In this document: positions 27,830-39,931 of the stretch, piece by piece | Layout of the letters: each line of letters starts with the position of its first letter | Numbering within the stretch: the first letter of the stretch is position 1 | Assembly: GCA_002104945.1 (NCBI GenBank) | Contig: MCFH01000026.1 | Coordinates: 558,001-622,000, forward strand | DNA length: 64,000 nucleotides | Reading direction: 5' to 3' | Source of the DNA: Piromyces finnis finn | Taxonomy: Eukaryota; Fungi; Neocallimastigomycota | The notes under the pieces: model-generated | What the model was told of the DNA's origin: nothing | Seen by the model: only the letters and a program-made list of their open reading frames with translations | The model's database searches: none | Translations under genes and position numbers: made by a program

Positions 27830-30640
27830 TTACCAAATTGAACACTTTTGTTCTGGATTCATTGGTGAATTGACTGGACAATTGAAAACTTCAGCGAAAT
27901 GTTTTGAATTTCTTAAAACACCCTTAACACGCCATTCACTTGGAGCATGATTATCTTGAGATAATCTTTGAACAGCAACTTCTGGTCTCATTTTGGAACA
28001 CCAAATTTGACCAAATGAGATAAAGAATAATTGATCTCTGGTATATTTAGTGAAATCTGGGAGTATCTTATTACGTTCTTTGGCCTTATCTGCATCTTTG
28101 TTCATAGATATTTTCCAAGCCTCATAGGCACGATCAACACCACCGTTATCAGAAATGTTTTCATTAAGAGTAAACTATTAAAATAAATAATTAAAATTTA
28201 TTAATATATATGTCGTTATAAGATATAATATATTATTATATTGTTGTTGCAATGTTGCAATAATCTTTAGTCTTTAAATATTTAACTTACTTCACCATCA
28301 ACGTTGTGATTATTTCCATCACTTCCTACTATTGTATAATTTGAATATCTAACATTTTGTTATTTTTTCAATAAATATGTTTTATAAATATTATTAATAA
28401 AGAAATTTAAAAGTATTTTATATATATATATTTGAAAATAAATTTGAAAATAGTTACTGATCAACGAAACATTGAGATGCATTGCTGAAGTTTTCTGCAG
28501 TTGATAAAGACCACTATTTTTTTTTTTTTTAAAAAAAATATTTTATTCAATTAATATTTTTGAAAAATATAAATAATGTTTATATTACAGATTTTCCAAT
28601 ATATATTTATTTTTATTATAATTATAAGATATATTGTAGTTTTTTATATATCGAAGATTTTATATAAAATACTCACCCAATTAGTCATACTACCATCCAT
28701 ATCAAATTGTCTACCAGTACCATCAAATGCATGTGTTAATTCATGTCCAACAAGCATACCAAGACCACCATAATTAATATAATCTGGTTCATGTGAATCA
28801 TAAAATGGTGATTGTAAAATACCAGCAAGAATATTGATAGAATTATCTGGTGGGTAATAGAAACCATTGAAAGTCTAATTTATATTAATAATAAAAAAAA
28901 AGATTAATATTAACAAAATATTTAATTTTAAGAATTGAAAATAATATGTATATTAAATATTTACTTGTGGAGAGTAACGCCAGTCTGAAGATGGTTCAAT
29001 AACACGGTTTAAATCGTTTCTATAATACATGTTAAGGTAACTAATAACATTACCAAGATAATCATCTGGATCAATTTCTAAAAGTTCATACTTTTTAGTC
29101 ATCTTTTCAAGATCTAAAAGATAATCTGGATAGGCAATATTTTCCTTAATCTTCATGACTTTTTCAATAGCATAATCACTAGTTTCTTTATCAAGCCATT
29201 CCATTTGTGGAATTCTTTCAATCATAGATTGTTTAATATTTTTAAATACTTCTTCAACAGCTGGTTTAGTGTCAGAGTCAAATGCTTCTTCAACAAAATA
29301 TTTACCAACAGCCATTTCCATCATATCATCAACCATTGAAGAACATTTACTATATAATGGGGTTTCAACACTACCACCTTTTTTTTTTTTTATTTTAGAA
29401 AAATATTTATTAAATATGTTATATAAATTGATTTTTAAATTTTATGATATATTTTATATTTTAGAATTGTTTTCGATATACTTACCATACATAAAATTGC
29501 TAAATTCTTTAACTGGACCTTGAAGATCACTAGATAAGTATTCATAGAATCTGTCAATTACTCTCCTAAATTTTTATTATATATGATTTATTAATATTTG
29601 ATAGGAAATGTTATGATTGAATAATAACAAATTATATTTTATATTTTATTTTTGTTAAATCTATAAATAATATATTATTATAGATTTTTTAAAATTTACC
29701 ATTCTAAATAGTAGGCAATAGTATCAACATCAGTTTCTTCAAGAATCTCATTTAATTTTGCTAAATAGTCTGGTGTCATATCGATAAAGATGGTTTCATT
29801 ATCGAATTCAAAATTGATGTTATGATTGGCAAGTCTTTTCTTAAAGAATAAACTCCAATTGATTTTTGGATATTTTTCTGATAACTCAACAATAGTACGT
29901 TTATTATAATAAAATTGAGGATTTTGTAATTTTACACTATTGACAGCAATATGTTTTTTAATTTAATTTTTTAAAAAGAATTACAAAAGATAATTTAATA
30001 AAAAAAATTAAATAAAAAATAATTATTTTTTATGCTGAAAAAGAAAATAAATTATTCTTTTACCTTGGTACATAAGCATCGGCTATCTTTTTCTCAAATT
30101 CTAAAATAGAATCAGTCATAACATCAATGTCTCTTTCGTTATTATCAAATATTAAGGTTAATATGTTTTTAATGTATTTTCTTAATTCAACCATAAGACT
30201 TTCATATGAGTAGTAATCCTTACTTAAGGTTAAACCATTTTGAAGAAAAGCAATGAGGTAATGATTAGCTTTTTCATAATCTGTATGTCCCCCAATCTTA
30301 AAGAATGGGAATACACCATATTTATTAAGAGTAATAATTTCTTCAGTTAAACCATCTACATCCTTGTAACTTTCTCTATTTTCATAAATTTTCAATTTAT
30401 CGTATAAATCTATTAATGGTTGCTTTCCCTTTGCATTAATTTTATCAACATCCATACAAGTATTGAAAATAGTTTTTAATTTATTAAATAAATTTTTATC
30501 CAATTCTTGTTCTTCTGGACTTAAATTTTCATTGACTTTATAGTCACGTTCAAGAATATTCTTTATAATGTTCTTTATTTATTATATATAGATATTTATT
30601 AATAATAGTTCATTTTTTATGATTATTCAAAATTCAAAAA

Positions 30641-30671
<31 letters not shown>

Positions 30672-31383
30672 TACCATATTTCTTGAATTTCCTATAATAG
30701 AAGTACTAATACTAACAGAGTCTGATGGAATTTCATTTTGTTCCTATTATTTTTGTATTTAAAAAAAAATAAATAAAAATTTTTATTCAATAAATACATT
30801 AATTTTATGTGTATAAATACCATCCAACCACCACATGCATATTGATAGAAATCATCACATGGATTAACAGTGGTATCCATACTACTTAATATTTTTTTAG
30901 AAGACTCTATACATTCATCTGTCATACAAATCTAAAATTTTACAAAATTATAATTAATAAAATTTTTTTATTTATAGTTTTTATTTTTTGTCAGAAATAA
31001 AAGTATTAATAAACATATATCTTTAAATTCATATATTTTTAATATATTACTTCATCTTTTTTATATTTAATTTTTTCATTTTTATCTTCCTTTTCTTTTT
31101 CTTTTTCTTCCTTTTCTTTTTCTTTTTCTTCCTTTTTCTCTTCTTTTTCTTTTTCTTTCTCTTCTTTATTTACTTTTCTTTCTTCTTGTCTTTTTGCCTT
31201 TCTTATAAATTCTGTATGAATATCTTGATTTTGTAAATTGATATTATTACCAAAAATATCTTCAATATTTTGTGGTTCAATTTCTTCACTACCACTTCCC
31301 ATTTTTTCAGCAAAAGGTAAAGATAATACCTTTAGATTTAATGAAAGAAAAGTGAGAATAACACCAATTTGTTGGAATTTCAT
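27830..31383 (-). CDS. M13 (neprilysin/ECE-like) zinc metallopeptidase, secreted, 11 exons, about 802 aa
   Basis: Exons 31383-31051, 30931-30821, 30743-30675, 30572-30064, 29936-29700, 29565-29486, 29377-28965, 28874-28677, 28513-28458, 28348-28291, 28174-27830. All introns are GT-AG and the total of 2409 nt is in frame. Motifs [36 protein letters not shown] and [18 protein letters not shown]. Confidence 0.92.
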
Positions 31384-32034
31384 TTTTTAAGATAATTTAA
31401 TAATTAAAATTAATAATATTTTTAAATCTATTTTTTTTGTTTAAAGGTATAATAAAATAATATAAATAATAGTTTTTTTTTGTACATTTTGAATCTATTT
31501 ATAATAAAAAAAATTATTTTAATATTATAAATTAAAAAAGGGTAACTTTTCATTTGCTAATTAAAAATGATTTTATGAATTAAATGAGTTATTTAATTTA
31601 TTTTTTATATAAAATTTAGTTTTAATATGAATCAAAATTAAACTAAATAATATAGGAGATATTATTTAAAAGTTTACAAAGATATTATTATTATCATAAT
31701 AATTATTTTTATGATATTATAATTACAATAACTATGAACTATTATATAAAATATAAACTATTTAGTTATTACCTTTTTATATAATAGTTATAATTAGTTG
31801 GAATTTAGTTCGTTTTATTTTTTTTATATAAAATATAAATTAGAAGAAAATTAAGGAATACATTTGTATTAAGGAGTTTTATAAATTAAAAATAGATGGA
31901 ACGTTTGATCAATTTTTAATAATAATAAAGGATCACCTAATAATTTTTAATTCAATAAATTCTTTTGATCCTTTTCACTTTTATTAATTTTTAAAATTAA
32001 AATTATATTAAGCAATGTTTTTACTAAAAAGATA

Positions 32035-33620
32035 AATCTTTAATAAAATAAAATTATGTATATAAATTGATTTAGATATCTAATTCATAAATAATTTTAA
32101 TAAAATAAAATTATGTATATAAATTGATTTAGATATCTAATTCATAAATAATTTTAATAAAATAAAATTATGTATATAAATTGATTTAGATATCTAATTC
32201 ATAAATAATTTTAAGATATTATAAGAAATACAAAACAAATTAAAAATTAGTATTATTTAAAAAATTAATAAAATAAAATTATGTATATAAATTATAATTC
32301 ATAAATAATTTTAAGATATTATAAGAAATACAAAACAAATTAAAAATTAGTATTATTTAAAAAATAACTATAAATAAATAATAACTTTATTATATAAATT
32401 CCTTTTATTCTACTAAATTATTGACCAATAAAATGAATATTTTATAGTAATTTTGGGAAACATCCCATTTTAAAAAAACAAAAATTGATCAATAAAATTT
32501 ATGGAATCTTATTAAAAACTTTGTGTATATAAAAATAAGAAATATAATAATAGTTGTTCAAATAATTTTTATATTATTTTTTAATATGTTCAATTAGCAA
32601 TTATTTATTTATTATTAATACTTTCAAATAAATAACTAGTAATATTAAAAAATAATGAGATTAAAATGGTAATGAAATATTTAAAAAAAAGAAAAAGAAG
32701 AATATTAAAAAATAATGAGATTAAAATGGTAATGAAATATTTAAAAAAAAAAAAAGAAAAGTATATTAAATGAAAAAAAAATATTAATAAAAAAATTATT
32801 ATATCAGGCTAAAAATGTGAAAGTGATTTTTAATATAGAAATATTAATAGATATATAAAACAATATTTTTAGCTGATAATATTAAAAAATATTTTATTAA
32901 GCTTGAACTATGTGGATTGTATGTTTATATTATTCTTTTACATTACATATTATATTATTACATTACATTCTTTTACATTTTTACACTGTAAATAATAATA
33001 ATGCAGAATATATGAAACTTATTTATATATATATTGTATTTTATTAGGCATTCAAGCCACAATGTAAATGTATAAATATATGTAGTTTGAGTAGGTTGAA
33101 TTATTTTACTATTAATTAAAGTTTGATAAAAATTTTAGGATGATAATAATAAAAATTTATTAAAAATTAAAATTTGATTTTTAAATTTAATTAGAGGTGT
33201 TTATTATCATAGATTTTGGAACTAAACTTTTTAAATTTTAATTAGAGGTGTTTATTACTTATCCTAGATTTTGGAACTAAACTTTTTAAATTTTAATTAG
33301 AGGTGTTTATTACTTATCCTAGATTTTGGAACTAAACTAATATTAAATAAAACTCTTTTTTATTAATAATTACATAAAATAAATTAAAATAGTCGTGTAA
33401 TAACGTGACTAAAAATAAATTGAGGCGTAAATAAATTCACAAGATAAAAATTTTAAATGATAAATTTATTTTATTAATTTATTTTTATTAATAATATTTT
33501 ATAATAAAAATATTCTATTAATAATTACATAAAATAAATTAAAATAGGCATGTAATAACTTGACTAAAAGCAATTGAGGCGTAAATAAATTTAAGTGATA
33601 ACATAAATTTATTTTATTAA
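32035..33620. repeat. Cluster of short tandem duplications
   Basis: About 57-bp x3 (32040-32210), 60-bp x2 (32641-32760), 51/55-bp x3 (33180-33340) and a diverged pair of about 170 bp (33350-33620). Confidence 0.8.
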
Positions 33621-33792
33621 TTTAAATAATAGAAACATAAAATTATAACATAATTTTATGTTATATGTTATGTAAATAATTTCATTTATATATTTATTTT
33701 TATTAATAATATTTTATATTTATATTTATTATATTTTTATTATACTTTAATACTAATTACTTTTATACTAATTTCATTTATATACTTATTTT

Positions 33793-34022
33793 TGTTAAAC
33801 ATTAATAATCTAACTTAAATCTAGAAATATGTAGAATAGAATAGAATTATGTATTACTAATATATTTAGTCATAGAATATTCTCATGATAAATAATACGC
33901 CACAATTCTTAGTATAAATAGAGAATAAATTTATGAACTATTTATGTACTTTGTAATTACCTTTTTATTAATAATATTAATAAATAAAGTTTATATTAAA
34001 AACAATATTATAAATTTTCTCA
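33793..34022 (+). repeat. 5' LTR of copia element
   Basis: Direct repeat of 54710-54939. Confidence 0.93.
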
Positions 34023-34036
34023 GATTAAGAGTCTCA
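34023..34036 (+). promoter_or_regulatory. PBS complementary to the tRNA-Lys(CUU) anticodon arm
   Basis: GATTAAGAGTCTCA is the reverse complement of TGAGACTCTTAATC; it directly abuts the LTR CA. The same 14-mer occurs at 61544. Confidence 0.7.
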
Positions 34037-34052
34037 CAACTTTCTTATTATC

Positions 34053-34285
34053 ATGGACTACAATTTATTCAAAGGCCCTTCTCTCAATGGATCCAACTTT
34101 AATGCCTGGTACAACCGTACCAAGAACACTTTGACTGCATTCCAACTTAGTCAATACATTGAATCTGACGTCATTAATGATTTAAAGAAAAATAATATTA
34201 CTCCGGATGTTTTAAATAATGTCAGAATCGAAAATGCTAAAGCTCTCAGTATCACCTATGGAAGTATAGATGATAACATTCATAG
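34053..34285 (+). pseudogene. gag: Copia gag N-terminus, truncated
   Basis: MDYNLFKGPSLNGSNFNAWY...[15 protein letters not shown], then an abrupt switch to minus-strand Ty3 RNase H. Confidence 0.7.
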
Positions 34286-34470
34286 CCATTCTTCAAGAGC
34301 AACTATAATAGCTAAAAGTTCCTTGTCATAAATGGGATAGTTTCTTTGACAACTCGTCAAACTTTTAGAAAGAAATGCAATAGGATGTAATTTGCCATCA
34401 AATTCTTGAGAGAGAATAGCACCGATAGCATAATTACTAGCATCAGTTTCTACAATAAATTGTTTATTAC
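34286..34470 (-). pseudogene. Ty3/gypsy RNase H fragment (probably of element C)
   Basis: Minus strand reads [61 protein letters not shown]. Confidence 0.85.
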
Positions 34471-34907
34471 TGTAACAACGCGAGAGACTCAGGTTAACAC
34501 AATACTAATTAACTATTTTTTGTATTAATAGTATATTTTATTAATAATTTGATTATTTAATATTATTAATACAAATTAACCTTAATACTAATTTTAAAGA
34601 CTAAATTTACATGAATTCTATAAATTATTTATATTTACTATTTATAAATATTCTTATTTAATAATTATGAATAAACATTATTCATATTGATTGGTAACTT
34701 CAATTATTTAAATAAAAAAGAAGAAATAGAAATAGACAAATATTATGGATTAAATATAGCAATCGCTATATTTAATCCATAATATAGAGAACCCGGAGTC
34801 GAACACATGACAAGTAGGTCAGCGTCCAACAACCTGAAGGCGAAGCCAGCTTGGGGAACCCCGAAATACAATTTTGGTGAAAAGGTACAAAACCTTTATA
34901 CGTTACA
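34471..34907 (-). repeat. 3' LTR of element B
   Basis: Six mismatched positions vs 39495-39931: four substitutions plus one 4-nt loop inversion. Confidence 0.95.
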
Positions 34908-34918
34908 ATGCCCTCCTT

Positions 34919-37722
34919 CTAATGTCGGATTCCAGACGATATTGAATGCGGTTTGTCTGGAAACTTTTTGTGGAAAGCTTTCAGTAATTCGGGGGCATGT
35001 ATGTCTTCTGCGTTTTCCCATGAACGATCTTCAGCAGAATATCCTTTCCAATCAACAAGATACTGAAGTGCTCCGTTGTTAATTCTAGAATCTAAAATTT
35101 CATTTACTTCATACTCTAATTCATCGTTAACTAAAATGGGAGGTGGCTTCTGAATGTCTCGGTTTTCAAAGGTATTTTCAATATAGGGCTCGAGATTAGA
35201 TATATGGAAAATGGGGTGTCTTCGGTCTCGTTTGGATAATTTTAACTTGAAATTTTGATTTTCCAAGCATTCAATAATTTCATATGGTCCCGATTTCCTA
35301 GGATCTAATTTCTTCACATTTGTTTTTCCTTTGGGATAGAGCAACCATACTTTGTCGCCTACATTTAAACTAGGAGGCTCTTGTCTTTTTTTATCAGCAT
35401 ATTTTTTAAACTTTTCTTGAGCTTCTTTCATATTTTCCTTTAGTTTATCAAGTGTCTTACCAATGTCACATACAACTTTTTCCGCTTCAGGAACTAGGGA
35501 CGTAATTGGAAGATCAATTAAGAATTCTGGATCATACTTTAAGTTGGCCTTGAAAGGTGACATTTTAATGGATTCCTGAATAGCATTGTTATAGGCAAAT
35601 TCTGCGAGTGAAATATACGAACTCCAGTCAGAATGTTTACTGTTAGTGAAACACCTGAGATACTGTTCAATTATACTATTAAGCCTTTCCGTTTGCCCAT
35701 CAGTCTGTTGGTGATGAGCAGTTGAAAGTTTGGATTCACAGGGCAGTAGCTTACAAAAATGTTGGAAGAATTTGGAATTGAATTGTCTACCGCGATCTGA
35801 TATAATTTCCTTTGGAATACCATGTAGTCTGAATACATTATCCAAGATAAGTTGTGCAGTTTCTTCAGCTGAGGGAAGCTTTCTAAGTGGAATGAAATGA
35901 CCCATCTTCGATAATCTATCCACCACTGTTAGGATAGCAGAGTAATTGTTCGATTTTGGTAGATTTGTAATGAAATCAAGAGATATTGAAGACCATTGTT
36001 TTTCGGGTATTGAGAGTGGTTGAAGAAATCCATATGGTTTATGATTGCTGTTTTTGTTTCTATTACACGTATCACATGAATTTACAAATCTGCGTACATC
36101 CCCCCTCAAGCTCTTCCACCAAAAGTTTCTACTAATAAGTTCGAGAGTTTTCCTAATACCGAAATGTCCGGAAGAAGGGGAATTATGATGGGATTGAAGA
36201 ATTTCAACACGAAGGACTTCGGGAATGTAAATCTTAAAGTTGTAAAGAAGAATACCATCCTTGAAAGTGAAAGGAGAATTGGGGAGATTAAGTCTTCTGG
36301 AGTTGTTTGTAGAATTGAAGTAAGGATCTGAAGGTAGGGCTGAACGAATCTTTTCTAATAGAGAGCTATCACTTAGAGAAATAACTGAGGAAATGCTAGT
36401 GAAATTAGAAGTGTTAAGAATTGAACCTGAATTAGAAACTTTATGTTCATAATCAGGTCTACGAGACAAGCAATCAGCTCTATTCTTCGAACCAGGTTTG
36501 TATTTAATAACAAAATCAAAACGAGAGAAGAAGATACTCCAGTGGATATGACGTTGGGAAAGATGATCTGGTTTACGCTCAAAAAGAAGATTACGATGAT
36601 CGGAGAAGACAGTGATTTGGTGATTGGCACCTTCAAGATGGTGCCTCCAGGTTTGAAAGGCTTCTTTGATAGCAAGGAGTTCCTTGTCGTAAATTGGGTA
36701 ATTACATTCGGCGTTGGTTAAAGCTCTCGAGAAGAAAGAAACAGGGTGAAGAGAACCATCAAATTCTTGAAGAAGGACACTACCGATAGCGAAGTTACTG
36801 GAGTCGGATTCAATAATGAAAGGTTTGTTCGGATCGGCATGGCGAAGGAGACTGGCGGAAAGAAAAGCATTTTTTAAATTATTGAAAGCTGAGACGGCAG
36901 AAGAGTCCATAATGAAAGGAACATTTTTCTTTAATAATCGAGTCAAGGGCGCAGCGATTTTAGAAAAATTTTTTATAAAGCGCCTGTAGTAATTACAGAG
37001 ACCCATGAATTGTTGGATATGTTTTGTATTTTGGGGAAGAGGCCAATTAAGAATGGCGTCTACTTTATTCTTTTCCATTGATATACCAGAACCAGAAAGA
37101 TGGTGACCAACAAAATCAATTTCAGGGACATCGAATTCGCATTTTTCGAGTTTAACATAGAGGTTATTCTTGAGAAGACGTTCGAGAATTAAGCGAACAT
37201 GCTTATGATGTTCCTCTAATGTATTGGAAAAAATGAGAATATCATCAATGTAAGCGAAGGCAAAGTCGTCGAGGAAATCACTTAAAATATCGTTGATAAA
37301 ATGCTGGAAGGTAGCTGGGGCATTTTTAAGACCAAATGGCATGACTAAATACTCAAAATGACCAAATCTAGTGTTGAAAGCCGTTTTATATTCATCACCT
37401 TCCTTAATACGAACAAGGTTGTATGCGGAACGAAGGTCGAGCTTAGTGAAGAATTTAGCTCCACTGACTTTTTCAAGAAGATCATTGATTAGCGGAAGGG
37501 GATAGGAGTTCCTAATAGTGATATCGTTGAGTTTTCTGTAGTCAATGCACATCCGAAGCAAATTATCTTTTTTTCGAACGAATAAGACAGGGGCGCCGGC
37601 TGGAGAGATAGACTTCCGAATGAAGTTCTTTTCTAAGTTTTCTTTAATATAATCCTTAAGTGTCTTTGTTTCCTCCACGGTGAGAGAATAAATTGGGCCG
37701 TAAGGGAGAGAAGAGTCGGGTT
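34919..37722 (-). CDS. pol: Pol of element B: RT-RNase H-integrase-chromodomain
   Basis: LRMCIDYRKLN, MPFGLKNAPATFQ, YIDD, ESDSSNFAIG, HNSPSSGHFG...CDTC (HHCC), ISLDFITNLP, SDRGRQF, QTDGQTERLN and EYEVNEILD...YLVDWKGYSAEDRSWE (chromodomain). Confidence 0.95.
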
Positions 37723-38574
37723 TTAAATCGATTCTACAGTCGTAAGGTCTATGCGGGGGGGAAGTTCGTTTGCTGCTTTTTCAGAAAAGACGTCCTTAAA
37801 GTCAATGTAAAAATCCGGAATAGAGGGTGTTTTTGAAGGTGAATCTATAGAGGGACAAGTAATATAAATTGCAAATTTTTGAGAATATGACGTTGGAGAA
37901 CGGTGAGAAGTGCTAGAATCAGGTTTACTTACCGGAGAGGAAGCAGGGATGGAGGAATCAATAGAAGGTGAAGAGGGAGTCGAAGAGATTGAGTGAAGAT
38001 GAATATCCGAATTATTTGTTGAAACACAAGAGTCATTACACTGAGGGTTTTCGCAATTAGGTTTAAAATATGCTTTATTAGTTTCAAATTTAGATACATC
38101 TTTTTTAAAATACAATTTTTTACAATCAAAATCTACGACTGCCCTATTTGAATTGAGCCAAGGGGTACCAATAATTGGAGGTAGAGAATCATCATCTGTG
38201 ATAATGAATTGAATAGAAAATGATTCATCTTTAAATATAATCCTAAGAGGTTTAGTCATTCCCAAAATATTAGAAGTTTTCCCACCACAGTCAATGGTTC
38301 CAGATATTTTTGAAACCGATACTGGAATACTATATTTCTCAATAAAAAATTTGGAGATAGTGTTTTCAATAGCACCTGAATCAACCAAGATTGAGATATC
38401 GCATGGGTTATTATTAATCATAATGGTGAACGGGAAAATAAGGTATTTATCTAAGGGAATGAATGGATTATAAGATTTTGGATGGTGTGTATTATTGGTA
38501 AAAGGCTTAGCTTCAAAGGGGTTTGTACTAGAGTAAGATTTAGGCTCAGAATCTACTCTAGAAGTTAGTTTTTT
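37723..38574 (-). CDS. Protease region of element B (-1 frame relative to gag)
   Basis: ILVDSGA aspartic protease motif; the frame is open from the AAAAAAC slip site at 38574. It is out of frame with RT at a G7 run (37755-37761). Confidence 0.85.
   Translation of the reverse strand, partial: KKLTSRVDSEPKSYSSTNPFEAKPFTNNTHHPKSYNPFIPLDKYLIFPFTIMINNNPCDISILVDSGAIENTISKFFIEKYSIPVSVSKISGTIDCGGKTSNILGMTKPLRIIFKDESFSIQFIITDDDSLPPIIGTPWLNSNRAVVDFDCKKLYFKKDVSKFETNKAYFKPNCENPQCNDSCVSTNNSDIHLHSISSTPSSPSIDSSIPASSPVSKPDSSTSHRSPTSYSQKFAIYITCPSIDSPSKTPSIPDFYIDFKDVFSEKAANELPPRIDLTTVESI
38528..38574 (-). promoter_or_regulatory. Candidate -1 frameshift signal of element B
   Basis: A AAA AAC immediately before the gag TAA, a 6-nt spacer, then hairpin ctagagtagat...atcttactctag. 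Confidence 0.75.
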
Positions 38575-39260
38575 GGAACTTTAGGACAGGAAGTGACCAA
38601 ATGATCCTTAGCACCACAATACATGCACAAACCTTGATCACGACGCTTTTGTTTTTCTTCAGCAGATAAAGGACCACGTCTTTTACCATCAGGTTGAGTG
38701 GAACGGGTAAAAGGATTTTGATCCTCATTTCTCATCTTTCGCACAAATGGATTATAAAGAGAAGCAACACGGTAATTTCTGGAAATATTATGTTTCTTAA
38801 GAAGGCTTGAGTCGATTATCATAGCTCTATGAAACGCAGCAAGAAGGGTTGGTATATCCTCACCACACATTAATAACTCGGCTTTGACTTCATCATGCAA
38901 TCCATCAATAAATTTTGAGACGAGGGCCGGTTGATTCCATCCAAGATGGATTGAGGCTTGTTCAAAATCTTTGATGTATTGAGATACTTCACCTATACGT
39001 TCTTGTTTCAATGCCATAATAATTTGGTTGGCATTGAATACAATGTCAAGATTACCAAATACTCTTCTAAGTAAGGCAACAAAGCTAGGATAACTGTTCA
39101 TAACTGGATTTCTTTCTTGGATCAAGTGAGCTACGAAGAGTTTGGCATCCCCTTCCATATAGGAAAACATAAAAGCTGTCTTATGGGCGTCCGAGCGGAA
39201 TAGAATGCTTCTTAATTGAAAGATTAATTCACAATGTTGAATAAATCCTTCAAGATCCAT
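38565..39260 (-). CDS. gag: Gag of element B
   Basis: In-frame upstream GNPSKFSGK, then DLEGFIQHCELIF, FMFSYMEGDAKLF, FIDGLHDEVK and zinc knuckle CMYCGAKDHLVTSC. The true start is unclear; the upstream ATG is out of frame. Confidence 0.85.
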   Translation of the reverse strand: MDLEGFIQHCELIFQLRSILFRSDAHKTAFMFSYMEGDAKLFVAHLIQERNPVMNSYPSFVALLRRVFGNLDIVFNANQIIMALKQERIGEVSQYIKDFEQASIHLGWNQPALVSKFIDGLHDEVKAELLMCGEDIPTLLAAFHRAMIIDSSLLKKHNISRNYRVASLYNPFVRKMRNEDQNPFTRSTQPDGKRRGPLSAEEKQKRRDQGLCMYCGAKDHLVTSCPKVPKN

Positions 39261-39494
39261 ACTTTTTCCTGAGAATTTGCTTGGGTTTCCATCGGTAGCA
39301 CATAGTCCAGCATAAGAGGGTCCACAGGAGGTACTTGGCTTTGTTGAGAGGAAGAAGCTGAGGCGGTAGTGAAAATGTTGAAAGGGTATAAGACATATTT
39401 AAAATGTTTTATTAGAAAATGGTTTTATTAATTTTATAAAGGGTTAAGTTATTATTGTGTTAAGGTAAGTCTTTTTTTCTTAGAGAATTAGTAT

Positions 39495-39931
39495 TGTAAC
39501 AACGCGAGAGACTCAGGTTAACACAATACTAATTAACTATTTTTTGTATTAATAGTATATTTTATTAATAATTTGATTATTTAATATTATTAATACAAAT
39601 TAACCTTAATACTAATTTTAAAGACTAAATTTACATGAATTTTATAAATTATTTTTATTTACTATTTATAAATATTCTTATTTAATAATTATGGATAAAC
39701 ATTATTCATATTGATTGGTAACTTCAATTATTTAAATAAAAAAGAAGAAATAGAAATAGACAAATATTATGGATTAAATATAGCGATTGCTATATTTAAT
39801 CCATAATATAGAGAACCCGGAGTCGAACACATGACAAGTAGGTCAGCGTCCAACAACCTGAAGGCGAAGCCAGCTTGGGGAACCCCGAAATACAATTTTG
39901 GTGAAAAGGTACAAAACCATTATACGTTACA
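39495..39931 (-). repeat. 5' LTR of element B
   Basis: Followed on the minus strand by a self-complementary primer site (39486-39497 vs 39523-39534). Confidence 0.93.

Larger units (their letters stand above)
34471..39931 (-). mobile_element. Chromovirus (Ty3/gypsy) element B, near-intact, self-priming type
   Basis: 437-bp LTRs 34471-34907 and 39495-39931 (TGTAAC...GTTACA). PPT agaaggagggcat 34908-34920. Domain order gag, PR, RT-RH-IN-chromodomain. No matching TSD. Confidence 0.95.
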
